A stretch of DNA of 64,000 nucleotides from Macrostomum lignano (GCA_002269645.1 NIVC01003963.1:3426-67425), one strand, 5' to 3'. Counted from the first letter of the stretch, positions 11,701 to 25,296 are shown. Numbers and translations are program-made. Notes: generated by a model not told the origin, from the letters alone.

Positions 11701-14242
11701 CCCTGTGGCAGCAATAGTCTAAGGCCAGCCATGTGGCAGCGATAGTCTATGGCCAGCCCTGTAGCAGCGATAGTCTAAGGCCAGCCCTGTGGCAGCAATA
11801 GTCTAAGGCCAGCCCTGTGGCAGCAATAGTCTAAGGTCAGCCCTGTGGCAGCAATAGTCTAAGGCCAGCCATGTGGCAGCGATAGTCTATGGCCAGCCCT
11901 GTAGCAGCGATAGTCTAAGGCCAGCCCTGTGGCAGCAATAGTCTAAGGCCAGCCCTGTGGCAGCAATAGTCTAAGGCCAGCCCTGTGGCAGCAATAGTCT
12001 AAGGTCAGCCCTGTGGCAGCAATAGTCTAAGGCCAGCCATGTGGCAGCGATAGTCTATGGCCAGCCCTGTAGCAGCGATAGTCTAAGGCCAGCCCTGTGG
12101 CAGCAATAGTCTAAGGCCAGCCCTGTGGCAGCAATAGTCTAAGGTCAGCCCTGTGGCAGCAATAGTCTAAGGCCAGCCATGTGGCAGCGATAGTCTATGG
12201 CCAGCCCTGTAGCAGCGATAGTCTAAGGCCAGCCCTGTGGCAGCAATAGTCTAAGGCCAGCCCTGTGGCAGCGATAGTCTATGGTCAGCCCTGCTGACCA
12301 CGTCGGCGAGAACAGATTTCAATCTGTTTCCAGGCTTCATCAAAAGACGTAATCATGCATGTTTAGCTGATAATGGGCAGATGCTGTCTATGGTTTTTAT
12401 CTGTGTGTATAGCTTTTAGCCGGTGCTTGAATCGAATGTAAAAAGAATTAACTGACGGTTTCTGTTGGTTACGGAATGAGGGCTTAAGAGTGGCGAACAG
12501 GATTTCACCGAACCTTTTAATCATGACCAAAAAACCACCGCCGCATTCGCAGGGCGAACCAAGGTGAACTGTCGGAACCGAATGCCCAGAGAGATTTTTC
12601 GCGACATCTATCGCGACCTGCTGGCTGAAATCACCCTCCTTTTTTGGAGGATTGTTATGGAGTTTGTAAGTATTTTGTTCACGATTCGTGGGCTGGAACT
12701 TGGCTGGAGAATATTTCCAATAAGATACGTACTCGTACAATGATTGCCTGCCCTCCGCGCCTTTCATCAGCTGCTAAGCAGTTTCCGCATGTCGGCCAGC
12801 GCGTCATTCAGAGAGGCGGACTTCAATCTGCAGTTAAGAGGCTTCGACGAAGGCTCGGTTGTGGTTCGGTACACCCTGCAGTTTGACATGCCGGATTCTG
12901 GCCAGCCTCCGATGACGCTGGACGCGATTAAGTCAGCCATCGATTCGGGCATTGCAGCCTACAGCAGTACGAATAGCAGCAACCTCACTATGGAGGCCAA
13001 TACCACAGTTACGGGTAAGCGTTCTATGATTCAGGCCTTAAATTGATAAGGCCACATCATACTCGTAATTTGGAGTTCGAGCACGGAGACCATGTTGATG
13101 AAGACACTTGCTGCTGTTGAAGACAATGAGAAAATCAGGGCTGCTGTAACACCATCTTAGGCTGCGTGTGATTTCTCTCACGAGTCCGCGATATGGACAC
13201 ACCATCTGCTTTCCTTATCACCTTGACAGGGTCATCAGCTGCAACTTTCTGCATTACTCTCACAAATCTATCAGACTCCGTCACTTTGAAAACCCGCAGC
13301 TTACAACTACTGCGCCGACAGCACCACTCCAGCAGCCTGTTCTCAGTTTGCCAACTGCACCCTGGAGCCGAGCATCAGCAGCTACAGCTGCTCCTGCTTC
13401 ACCGGCTTCCGTGATGACGATAGCAGCGCGCCGGGCACAACCTGCACCGAGATGTGCACCAGCTCCACAGCCTACTGTTCGGGCAATGGAATCTGTCGAA
13501 CAAACAGGGACGCTCGCGTCAGCTGCGAGTGCTTCAGCGGCTACAGCGGAGACTCGTGCCAGACGACCGGGCTAAGTCCAACGTTACTAGCGATCGCTAT
13601 TGTTGTGCCAATTCTGTTTGTTATTATCGTTGTGCTGATCGCGCTGATCGTGTGGATGCATCGTAGGCAGACTCGATTCAAGAAAGCGATGCACCAACTG
13701 CAGACTGGGGGCGCAGGTGGCGGAGAGGACAGAGAAGACGGAGGAGGTCAAGGTCAAGAAGAGGATAACTGGTTGAGAAGTCCATTCGTTCAGCTGCCAT
13801 GGGTGAGTGCGCGTGAAGTCTGCCAACTGACCTGGGCGATCGATATGGAGATGGCACTCTTTTCTTGAGACGTCCCATTTAAAGCTGCTACAAGCGTAAT
13901 CTTTTTGAATCAAGCCTGCGAAACTCTGTAGCTTAGACTTGTAGGAAACGATCTGAACCATAGGTCTTGTTTAAAATTCTTCAAAGTTTCGAAGTTGTTG
14001 TACAGAGACGCCGGGGTCCTTAGTGATGAACATTATTCTGCAGGTCACGTAAAGTAAGGACTTAAAGTAAGTCCATCCAATCTCTTAACCAATAAATAAA
14101 CTCATCTTTCTCCAAGGACAAAATGCCGAGAGCCAACCTATCAACGGAGCATCCGAAAGCGCGTCGTTTAGCCGAAGAAGACTCAGCCGCCGAGTCCGGC
14201 GGTGTAGAAGGCCAAGCCTACAGTCCTAGCCAGCTGTTCTGA
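5736..14242 (+). CDS. Complete membrane mucin of ~1563 aa: signal peptide-PTS1-SEA1-PTS2-EGF-SEA2-EGF-EGF-TM-tail
   Basis: Exons 5736-5796 (MLVPKFALLLALLLSLRPFG), 5871-5927, 6019-7940, 9613-9847, 9921-11351, 12553-12665, 12771-13014 (FDEGSVVV), 13300-13802, 14117-14242 (ends SQLF*). All introns are GT-AG and phases are consistent (4692 nt). The exons are clearly paralogous to the upstream gene (CRNRMP motif, same exon borders). Confidence 0.9.
6321..7800 (+). repeat. Coding 42-bp repeat (MPEATGSTPEAPTP), PTS domain 1
   Basis: 14-aa unit is evident in the 6270-7949 ORF; a second array lies at ~10440-10960. A 21-bp ETGTPAP/ETGTPVP repeat precedes each array. Confidence 0.9.
8070..9475. repeat. 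Intronic ~16-17 bp minisatellite with higher-order variants
   Basis: cacaatccccaagctt units with periodic ccgatgcctaacaatcc variants, inside intron 7941-9612. Confidence 0.9.
11595..12295. repeat. Intronic 28-bp minisatellite with a 5-6 unit higher-order pattern
   Basis: gcaatagtctaaggccagccctgtggca units; a variant unit recurs every 140-168 bp. Confidence 0.9.
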
Positions 14243-15044
14243 CCTGCAGCTATAGACAAGCACCCCGACTGAGTCATGGACAAAGCAAACAGTGAATATT
14301 ATATTGATCATGTGTGCTCAACTAAAACTCCACCTAGCGCTATGCTACACACTTTCTGAAATATTTTTTCTCTGTTAAGTAATACCTTATCCCGCAAGTC
14401 TACCATAAATAAGTGAAATTGTCAAAACAGATGTCAATCAATCAATCAATTATAATTAAATTTGAGTTGAATCAATCTATTCAACTTTTTCGAACAAAGA
14501 AACACCTTTAGACAGGATTATAAGTATCAGCACACAGCGAGGCTAATGTAGCACAGTATATTAACTGCATATATAGATATTTATATACGCTAGGGTGCCT
14601 ATAGAGAAGAAATGAAACAGCACACAATAGGAAAGCCTTGCTATAAATTACATTAATAATTATCATTATAGCTACGAGTATTTATTAAAAAGATGGCGGT
14701 TAACAATTTGGAGTTATTGAACTATCTCTCTCTCTCTCTTTTTCTATCTTCATCTGTGAGCGACAGAAACAGGGGACAAAGTGTGAAACATCTGTACAAA
14801 TTTAAATTAATTAATTATGGTTTTTTACAGCAGAGTTAGATAATAAGCAGCTAATGTAGCACTCGATTAGTCCATATGCTTACTAGGCATATATTAATTA
14901 TAATAATAACTGATTATTGCATTTACAAAAGCAACTAGGCTGAATTCGCCAACTCGATTCGGGGTTCTGCTGCTGATATTTACGTTGGGATAGCTAATTT
15001 ATTGAGCGATTCATCATTCGTTCCATTGTTTTGCGAATGATTTT

Positions 15045-15520
15045 TGGGTGGCTGTCAGGGTTTGTCCGAGTTTTATATGGGGTGGCTATCCGGGTTTGCC
15101 CGGGTTTTATGAAGTGGTTGTCCGGGTTTTATATGGGGTGGCTGTCCGGGTTTTATATGGGGTGGCTGTTTGGGTTTGTCCAAGTTTTATGAGGTGGCTG
15201 TCCGGGTTTTTAATGGGGTGGCCGTCCGGATTTTATATGGGGTAGCTGTCTAGGTTTGTCCAAGTTTTATGAGGTGGCCGTCGGGGTTTTATATGGGTTG
15301 GCTGTCCGGGTTTGTCCGGGTTTTATGAGGTGGCTGTTCGGGTTGGTCCGGTTTTATGAGGTGGCTGTCCGGGTTTTAACGGGTTTTATATGAGTTGACT
15401 GTCCAGGTTTGTCCAGGTTTATATGGGGTAGGTGTCCGGTTTTATCCGAGTTTAATACGGAGTGGGTGTCCGGATTTGTCCGAGTTTAGTACGAGGCGAC
15501 TGTCCGGGTTTGTCCGGATT
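15045..15520. repeat. Degenerate ~24-bp tandem repeat
   Basis: gtggctgtccgggttttatatggg-like units. Confidence 0.7.
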
Positions 15521-16186
15521 TTAAAATTGTTTTATAATGTTTTACAATACAATGTCATTAAAACTAAAGGCAAGCAAAATGGTACAGGAAACAAAGACCA
15601 GAGCACACTTTAATCAATAGCAGAAGAAATCAATACAGCCGATAAATTACAAAAAGAGGGGATCGTGTTGATTCTGTACAAGGCGAGACAAACAATCTAA
15701 GGCCAAAATATTGGGGGGATGCAATTAGCTAATTATATAGATAGAGAGAAATCTCTTGTTCGTTCAGGATTAAACGGGTTCGCCATGTATCATTTAATCA
15801 AGCATTGCTTAATGAAACTGATGAGTAACTGCCAGAGGACACAAGCAAATAATTAACAAGATAGAACAGCCGAGCTAAACTCGTGGAAGAAGGCAGATTA
15901 AGTTTGTTTTAAAAAAACTGAAACTACTAAATGAGGCAAATATGCAATTTAATAGAAAACATGCTCAACCGATATGTATCGAAAAAGTACTTTGATTCCT
16001 AGCAGCCTCCATGCACTATTTACTCGGCTATTGTTTCTTCATCATCGCTCAATACAACAAATAAAAACCTTGTGCCGCGCTATACTACTTACAATGAAGC
16101 ATATGAATAGGATATTGTACTAACTACTGCTATGAGTAGTGCAACTGAGTACTGCTATCAGTAGTGCAATAGACAGCCAACTATTG

Positions 16187-19100
16187 CTATTTGGGATAGC
16201 CAAGCTGGTGCTGATGAGGAAACATGAACTGCGAGCCTGTAGGAGGTGGCGGTGGCCTCTGGTGAGCCGCTGTGAGAGAGCGTTGAAGCTCAGCTAAAGC
16301 CTGCTGATGCTGTTGCTGCTGCTGGTGCTGATGCTGGGCGTACATGAACTGTTGCTGATGCTGGTGGCCGGGGATGAAGCTGGCGCCGCTGGTTGACGGA
16401 AACAGACCGGCCGCGGCGGCGGCCGCCAGCACAGCCGGCGACACGGCGGAAGGTGGCGGCGGCGGGCGAGGTGGGTGCGGCGGCGGCTGCTGCTGAGGTG
16501 TACCGAGTCGTTGACGCTTAGTTGCCGAAGCTGATCGACTACTTGGATGCTGCTGATGATGATTGGGGAAGCTGGACGAATTTGCTGAGCAGCTGGAGGC
16601 TGGTGAGTACAGGCCCGATGCCGGCTGCAGCGGCGGCGGCGGCGGCATTGACATGGCCGCAGCAGCCAGCGGATGAGGCGGCCAAACAGGCAGAGCAGCC
16701 GCTGAAGCCAAGGAATTCGTGGAATTCGTAGCCGAAGCTGACGACAGAGGCGGTGCCGGCAGGCCCCAGGAGACGAATGGATTTCTGCCAGCTGCTTGAG
16801 CAGCGGCTAACTGTTGCTGCTGTTGCTGCTGCTGCTGTTGACGCTGATGCAGAGCAGAAGAAGCCGCTGCAAGTTGAGCATCGGCAGAGAAGACAGACAG
16901 ATGAGGCATTACTACCGAATCTACACGATTGCTGGCACTATTGTTGCTGCTAGCTGACTGCCTGCGGTGTTGCTGCTGCTGCTTCTGGTTCTGCTTTCGC
17001 TGTGTTGGCGGCTGCTGCTGCAGCGGAGGCGGCGGCTGCTGTTGCTGTGGCCTCTGCTTCCAGTTCTTAATGAAATGCGCAATACGAACGTGCAAAGCGT
17101 TCCAACGACCGCGCTGGGGCGGCTGCTGTTGCTTGGGATGCTGCTGCTTAGACAGAGGCGGAGGCGGCGCCGAATCGCCTCCGGCGGGCAGCCGACGCAT
17201 GGACGATACGACGGCAGGGTGCATCAGCGAAGATGACGACGGCGGCGGCATCGGCGGAGGTTGCTGTAGCAGCATCGCCGCCTGCGGCTGAGGAGGAGCT
17301 GAAGGAAATGCATAGGCGGTAGCAGCGGACATCGGTCTGGACGGCGGCTGTTTCGGCTTTAAAAACGACGCAATGAACGGATTGCTGTCGGGATCGCTGA
17401 ACATTCTGTCCCGATTTGCTGGTGTAGCTGACGAAAGCGGCGGCAGAATCGGCGGCAACTGAGGCCTGGAGGATGAGGCGGCTGAATTAGATAAAATCCT
17501 TTGAGAAGCTGACGGCTGCTGATGAGGATGAGGAGGCTGCGGATGATGAGGCGGAGGCTGATGAGGTAAAGACGGCGGCTGCAGGTGCGAGTTCTGTGCC
17601 ATGCCATTAGCAACGCCAGCTGACAGAAGCGGAGGTGGCGGCATAAATAGCGGGGGCGGCGGGGGCGGCTGCTGCGGCTGCCTGCGCTCCGTGGGACTGA
17701 AGCCGGGACTCAGCAACCGATGCTGATGCTGACTGGCTGATCCAGTCACAGCAGCAGCAGCAGTAGCAACAGAATCTGCTTCAGCAATGCCAACGGACAC
17801 TCTTAGCGGACCGTGCGGCGAAATCTGCGGCGGCGGCAACTGCGGCTGACAGGCAGCGGTGGCCGCCTGGTGCATCAGCTGCAGGTGGGTCTTGGGCTTG
17901 TAGGCTGACTTGTTAGGCGACACAGGCAGACCCTGCTGCTGCTGCAGGGCTGGCGCTGGCAGACTGGGAGACTGGCCGCCAGGTGCCGAGGTGACAGGCG
18001 AGTCGCCAGGAGCTGCAGTCCCCGCCGGTGGCTCCTCAACAGCTCGCACCGTGTCACCGCTGGCGTTGGCTACGGAGCTGCGAGACGCGGGCTCGCCGTT
18101 GGCACCGACGCTGTCGTCATTGTTGTTGGTTGATGCAGCGGCCGTTGCTGCTTCTGCCGATGTTCCAGCGGAATTTGCGGACCGTTTCCTTGACAACCCG
18201 GACTGGCTCTGCTGCTGTTTGCGTTTCTTCTGCTTTTGCTCAAACTCACTCTCGGTGTCGGCTGCTGCTGCTGCTGCTGTTGCTGCAGCTTCTTTTCGTT
18301 TGGCCTCCTCCTCGTAGGCCTGTGAGTAATTGGGGCGGGGGGCAACGTTGCGCAAGTGCTTGGTATTTAATAGGCTTAGCAATTTGTTGCCTTAACAGGT
18401 AGGACTGGCTTTTAGGTAGTATGGCAGAATTTCGTTAAGCTTGGGATTTTATAGGCGAAAACTTGATTAACCCTTGAATTCTATAAGCGCAAACTTCATT
18501 AAGCTTAGAATTCTATAAGCGCAAACTTCATTAAGCTTAGAATTCTATAAGCGCAAACTTCATTAAGCTTAGAATTCTATAAGCGCAAACTTCATTAAGC
18601 TTAGAATTCTATAAGCGCAAACTTCATTAAGCTTAGAATTCTATAAGCGCAAACTTCATTAAGCTTAGAATTCTATAAGCGCAAACTTCATTAAGCTTAG
18701 AATTCTATAAGCGCAAACTTCATTAAGCTTAGAATTCTATAAGCAAAAACTTCATCATTAAGCTTAAAAATCTTTAAGCGCAAACTTTATTAAGCTCGTA
18801 AAACATTAATAAGCTTAATTTTTTTAAGTTTAATCTTTATTAAGCTCGAGAATTTGTAAGCTAAAACTTTAGTCATCTTACAAGCTAATTTCATAAATAG
18901 AAGCCTGATAAACAGTTTTTTAGGTGAATAGTTTGTTTACACGGTTGGACTCGGGTAATTTATATGAAATGGAAAATAGATCCTGTCGCGAGTAAATCTG
19001 TAACCAACCGCCTCACTGCAGCAAAATATAGAACATCTATAGATGGTCGAGAAAAAGTCTAGTTTATAGAATTCTAGGGATAATCGGTGACGAAAAATGT

Positions 19101-22100
19101 GCGTGAGACTCTCCTGACGGTTATTTTGCCATGGGAACAGGTGGGCAGAAATTATTAAGCCTCTGTTTTGAAAAAAGAAAATAACTAGAAACGCTTTAAG
19201 ATCACCTGGGACAGTCTTTCCTTTTTTTCTGCTTCTTTTTCCAAAGAAAGCAGTCCAATTTCCGTGCCGAAAATGCACCTGAGATGCGCTTACTAACACA
19301 TAATAGCGGCTGCGCATGACAGCAGAGGTTTAAAACGAGGTTTTACCGCCTTGCGAAAACAAATATTATTAGGCCTTATTCTGTTATCTTCATATCCTAT
19401 GTACATGTCTAGGGGGGGGGTTGCTGAGATGTCAATCAAGTCTTGGGGGAATTGCTGAGATGGCAAGGCTTGGGGGAATTGCTGAGATGGCAAGACTTGG
19501 GGGGAATTGCTGAGATGGCAAGGCTTGGGGAATTGCTGAGATGGCAAGTCTTGGGGGAATTGCTGAGATGACAAGGCTTGGGGGAATTGCTGAGATGACA
19601 AGTCTTGGGGGAATTGCTGAGATGACAAGGCTTGGGGGAATTGCTGAGATGACAAGGCTTGGGGGAATTGCTGAGATTGCAAGGCTACAAATGCTTTTGT
19701 GTTTGCCATAGAGAATTGCAGATTTTGTTAGGACAATTATTTTCCACTATGCTAGCAAATTTAGAAGTTGGCCCATGGACATTCTTTAGCTAAACTAACT
19801 TCTAGAATAGACTAGAAATATTAGCAATAGATCTCAAGAATTAAAAGTTTTTTAAAGGAAATGCTATATGCAACCTGGTATACTTTAAGTGACATTGTCA
19901 TACATCTAACAAGAGGCAAGATTCTATAACTTAGGAGGTACTCTACCAACTTTCCTAAACAGGCACATAAGCATACAGATAGCAATGTAGTCATATATAT
20001 AGGCACACACTTATATATGATTATACAATAGCCCTACTTAAATTGTTAGGCATGTTATGTACACTTGGCATACAGCTATAGCTTTGCATATAGAGAACAC
20101 CAAGATAGCAGGTAGAACCAAAGTTCCAAGTCCCAATCAATGTATATAGATATAGCATACAAAAATGATTAAGTTTAATTTTGGTAGTGTTCTGCCATAA
20201 GGAGGGTCCATGTACCGTAGCCATTGCCATAAGCAAAACTACGGCTTATTCCAATTCTCCATATTCCGTAGCTGTAGGGACCCCCGAAATTACCATATTC
20301 CTGTAGTTCCCATAGCCGTAGCAATAGTTTTAACAAAAAGTCAAAAAAAATATTTTGAATCAAGATAATAACCTAGTGCTTTTAAACAACTGCAAATTAA
20401 ATTAGAAAATAAAAGAAACACTTAATTGCCCTTGTAAGATTATATTTCATCTTTTTTCAGAGCAACAATACTTAATATTACTGAAAGTACTAACGCTAAA
20501 CGTTTTTATATTAATAAAAATTAGAGTTTGCTAGTGTTTTATTGTACTTTTTTAGGTATATTTTATAAGTTTCTAGGTTGATAATATAGTTTACTAAAAG
20601 TATTTTTGTTCTACTCTACTTTTTTCTAATATTTTTTTCCAATTCTTAACATTAATAACTATGGCTATGGGAATCTACGGAATATGACAGCAACTACAAT
20701 ATTTCCATAGTTGTAGCCATAAGAGCAGCTAGCCCATAGTCCGGATCATGGCCTGTACACCAAATTAATTTGGTATACAGTCACCCCTTGCTAACCCTAT
20801 TGGCATACATTGGCGTACAACCAAAAAATTGGGCCCTACCTATTGGCATGAGTGGCGTACACACTGTTGCTATTGCAACTTGCAATGTAATGTACATAAA
20901 CATAGGTATTTTTTAGGAATTTGCACAATAATTTAAAAAAATGGAATTTATGTTAGAAATACATTCACTTTAACAAAATATATTCCCATCTATTGTTCTA
21001 TTGAATAATTTTAATATTCTAATAATTGAATCATCAAATAGTTTTGAAGTAGGAAATTTGTACTTATAAAAGTGGCATACAGTTAGGGAAGGCAAAAAAA
21101 TTTTTGCGTACATTGGTATACAAACTGTGGATCCATCAAGTTTTTGTTTGGCATACACCCTACCATGATCCAGACTATGGCAGCTAGCTACTGTAAGTGT
21201 ATCGTAGCTGCCATAGGCACCTATTTTATTGTATTTGCCATAGGATCCCATAGCCATAGCTACAGCTATAGCGGAACACTAAATTTTGGCATAGTCTTCA
21301 TATACATAGCTAAAATAGCTAAATTAAAATTTTGACTGAAAAGAATTAACTTCATCTTGGCCTTTCCAAAAAAATTTAAAACTAAATTTAAAAAATTGTG
21401 TCTAACATTTCAAAGAAGTTGAAAGTAAAATGAAATTAATAATAGTTGCAATAAACAATTTTTTTATGGTTTAAAAAAATTGATAAGTTTGTACTAATAA
21501 TGTTTTGACATTAAATTTTACAAGAATCTAATATCAGTTGTAATTTATTATTTTTGTTTCAATGTATTTTTGTGTGCAAAAAGTCTATTGTTATACATTG
21601 GCATACATGAGCTAGGCCTAGGCCAGGATGGAATTCTTGCACAAAAGTTGTTACGCATTTATGCGCGCTTGTGCGCTGAAAAGAAGCCTACTTGCGTGCT
21701 CTTAAAGAAGGTGTATGCGCACTCCATTATTGTATGCACTTGCATAAGAAGCTGTTTGCTGAAGAATCACAGACAGGATTTGACTTTTACATGCATTAAA
21801 CATGGTTATGTGCCATGTGGTGTATGCGGGCTCAAGTTCTCTTACTTTTCATAGTCTGGAAGATTGTTTTTACGCCGGAAAATTTCAAAACAAAAGTAAA
21901 ACAAAGAATAATAGTTTTTAGCAAAAACAGTTTTTTTGAAGTTTAGTAAAACTTTTATAATTTTTAAGAATATTTTCTCTAAAAAATATAGTGTTCAAGC
22001 TACTTTACACTTAAGTACAACTTTTTAATTTACATTGGCATAGAATTGAAAAACTAGAAATTTCATTTTTTCGTTGCATGGGGCCATGATCTGCATTATG

Positions 22101-22921
22101 ACTTATTTTTACAGTTGGCGTGCGCGCTTGCGCGCTGCTCCAAAAACGTGCGTGCCTGTTTTCCTACCCCCGAGCAAGAATTCTATCCTGGGGCCTAGGG
22201 AAACAAATTTTATTTGGTATATGCCAATACACAATCTTGACCCTGATTTATATTTAACTAGCTATAGTATAACATTAGACTTGTATGCTATTCATTGGTA
22301 AAAATGTACTTTATAAAAAAGGATTAAGGAGTTACATAATTAATATATAGCCTTAAACTGAATATCTTAAGTCTTATTAAGTTATTTAAAATTTTAATGT
22401 GACAAAAATCAAATGACAAATATTAATTCAAAAGTAAAAAAGCTTTTAACTTAAGTTACCTTTAGGTGTTCTACAGACTTAAAGCTGATAATTGCAAAGC
22501 CATCAATGATGTCTTCCTTGAAATCAATAAGGAAAGTTGGGAGCATTGACTTTGGAGTGGAATGATCTTTTGTATCTGTAGCTTCAGCTTCACCAACCAC
22601 AGGGCTATACTTTGATGGACTTTGCTTGGTACTTGAGGTCTTTTTTGTTGTGTCAACGCCATCACCAGCTGAAGTTAGGGGCTCACAAGTTGATGGTGAT
22701 TGATCTGAAGCATAGTTTATTGGATTGTTGGGAAGCTTCTGTAAATATTCAAAACATTTCTGAGAAGAATTGTATGGTGGAATTTGCTTATTTAAAATAT
22801 CTTCCGTTGACAAAGGCTTTACATCGCGTAAATCTTTATAGCATTTAGAGCTACCTGACTTGTGACTATCATCAACACCATTGCTCGTCTGACCAGAATT
22901 TAAAGCATGCTTGCTATCCAT
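16187..22921 (-). CDS. AUTS2: AUTS2/FBRSL1/tay-family nuclear regulator, ~864 aa, two coding exons
   Basis: Exon 22921-22460 (MDSKH...KEDIIDGFAIISFKSVEHLK, donor AAG|GTAACT) joins in phase 0 to exon 18319-16187 (acceptor CTCACAG|GCC). The motifs EDIIDGFA and GRWNALHVRIAHFI resemble the conserved AUTS2 motifs EEDIIDGFAMTSF and GKWCAMHVHIAWQI, recalled from memory and not searched. The rest is Q/P/A/H-rich. Confidence 0.75.
18478..18750. repeat. Near-perfect 32-bp tandem repeat, ~8 copies, intronic
   Basis: ttctataagcgcaaacttcattaagcttagaa repeated head to tail with no spacers. Confidence 0.95.
19435..19680. repeat. ~27-bp tandem repeat, intronic
   Basis: ggggaattgctgagatgacaaggctt units. Confidence 0.85.
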
Positions 22922-23446
22922 ACTGCAATTTTTGCAGGAAGGATACAAAGCCTCCACTAACACAAACTAATGTAATACTATGCAAAAATATGCATAGTTA
23001 AGTACCTACTAACTACCAGGAAGGCGTCAAGCTTTACTATGAAATATTTACTATTAACTACAGAAGTCAAACTATTTAAGTGAACAAAGAAATTACAGCA
23101 AAACGTTTTCTACGAAAAAAATCTATTTTGCTAAAAGGTAATTTAAAAAAAATGACAAATACTTTAACAAAGTACTAAGTAAAATGTCTTGTTTTGGGTA
23201 CTATACAAAAATTAAGGAATGTCTGTATTAAAAAATTAATTTTTAAAGTATTTCTATCATAGTGCAATTGAATACTAGAACTTATAAACTTTAGGTTTCT
23301 AACGTCCAAGTCTGGCTCAGAACCTGAATTTTTTGGTATTCATATGCAAGTCTGCCTGGTCGTATACAGACAACTAACTTACTTGTATACAATATGCACG
23401 TACATCTATAGCTCCCTGCAATATTTTTGGTGCCAGAGGGTCTTGT

Positions 23447-24790
23447 TTTTTGTTGTTAAACGGGGAGCCAGACTATATGCCTAGCGCGGATATCAGCCCA
23501 AAAAAGCTCTCTCGGACCGCTTAAGCAATTCCCAATATTTTTTAGAGCTGGGTAGTGAAAAAGCCTTGAGGCTCACAGCGCTATTGGAGGGTTAATCCCA
23601 GCAGAGCTCCTGATTAGGAGACTATAGTCCTTGGTAGATAGGCTGCCCAGACTCGCTCCAATCTAAAGCCTTTTCCGTAGAATTTGGGGTTTCCCCACTC
23701 AGCTCGGACCGCTTTCTAAACTACAATATTTTTGCGCGCACTCCCGGGTTTTGTCTGCTGGGGGTGGTGGGTGGACTCGGTCCTAGCACCGTCCCTGATT
23801 CCACTTTGGGTTGGCGGTGTCATCTGAGTAGTCCATAGGTTAGAGCTAGTAGTCCTGGTCCCAATCGTGGCCTCTCGGGCTATGCTCCTGCTGGCAATAT
23901 GGCCCACAGATAAATCCAGCGGCAAAGCCCTACTTGGGCTGATCCGCGGGGGCCCCTGGCTTCCCACCCTCGTTTAACAACAAAAAGCTATAGGGCTCTG
24001 CCGTGGGTTACTTTACTTTACTTGATAGGTAGGGGCTCATAAAATTATTTGCCCTGCGCCTCAGCCCTTTGAAGGGCTCTTGCGCAACTTTTTTATTTTT
24101 GTGGTCCGAGTTTGAGATAACAACAAAAAGCTATAGGGCTCTGCCGTGGGTTGGGTCCACCAGGGGATATAGCCCGGGCCACTAACCTAAAAAAAATTGG
24201 AGTCCTCCTTTTTGTAGCACAAAGCTAATTTTGGGCTGCGCACAAAGATTCGCAGACTATTGGGGATTTGGCCGGGGTGGCCTAAAAGCCAAAAGAGTCA
24301 AGGTTGGAGCGCCATCAGGGGTGCAAATTTTTGTACATGTAAGTCTCTTACTGCAAAGTCTAAACTGTCATGAATGGCCAGAACACCGTTATCTTTTAGT
24401 TGGATCAGGTCCGGCTTCCTAAGGTAACCATCGATCATCATGATCAGTCCCGACCGAAAACCGCCCTGCTTCAGGCTGGGCTGCTGTAGGCAACCGCGAG
24501 ATCTATGATTGCATCTCTGTTGCAAGCCGTCGGAATCCCGCACCCCAGGTGAGAGCTGCAGTCGCCAGATACTGCCGAACACTAATTCCAAGATATCATG
24601 CAGGGTCCCCAATTCCGGCGGGTTCCATCATCTTGGGCACTTCCGGGACCACACGCATACGAGCTACGCTCGTATGTGTGGCCTTCCAGGCAGCCCGGAC
24701 AGGAGGCCCCAGGCCGCAGCACAACCCTCCGGGCTGAGTACGCCAGAGGCGACAATCTCATCAGAGATCCTCTTTACGGCAAAACCACAA
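23447..24790. mobile_element. Rearranged, diverged copy of the unclassified element at 39293-40392
   Basis: 23700-23990 shares long runs with 40085-40392 (ctcggaccgctt...gcgcactcccggg...gcaccgtccctgattccactt...gtttaacaacaa). An inverted copy of the terminus lies at ~23447-23505, and ctctttacggc near 24770 matches the other end in opposite orientation. Confidence 0.5.
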
Positions 24791-25296
24791 ATGCATATGT
24801 CATTTATATATATATATATATAATATATAAATATCAACGACACTCCTAGTGGCACGTGTTTATAAATATATGCATGCATATGTACACCATATATGTGTAT
24901 ACGCTCGTAATTTTACTATGTAAATGAGCACTTATACATACATGTAATGCATGAACTTTATAGTTCACGTAGGCTACGCTTTTGGTGCATATATATACAG
25001 GTAGTAGATTAAAAATACACGCCTGTACTACTGTAAGATTGCAAAGCTGAAGATTCATATGTAATGTTATTGTATCGGTACACAATTGTAGCTGTATTAG
25101 CGTAACCACGTGTTCATTTACATATCTTTTTTTGTGGCACAAACTGATGAATTACCACAGACAGTGTATCGCCAGTATCGGTATTATAATTTGAAATGAA
25201 CGTAAATAAAAATTAAAGCATTTCCACTATTGTTGGAATCATTAACGCAACCTCTCTCTGGCTAACAGATTTTGGTGTACAAGGGCGAGCTAGAAA

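Noticed and set aside
16522-18402. Cys-rich or Leu-rich ORFs antisense or out of frame to the AUTS2-like exon
   Set aside because: Shadow frames of CAG/GCN/CCG repeats.
18478-18750. 32-bp repeat array resembling a CRISPR by unit length
   Set aside because: Units are head to tail with no spacers, there are no cas genes, and it lies in a eukaryotic intron.
18464-23596. piggyBac-like ends TTAACCCT...AGGGTTAA
   Set aside because: Similarity stops after 8 bp and the span would include a host exon.
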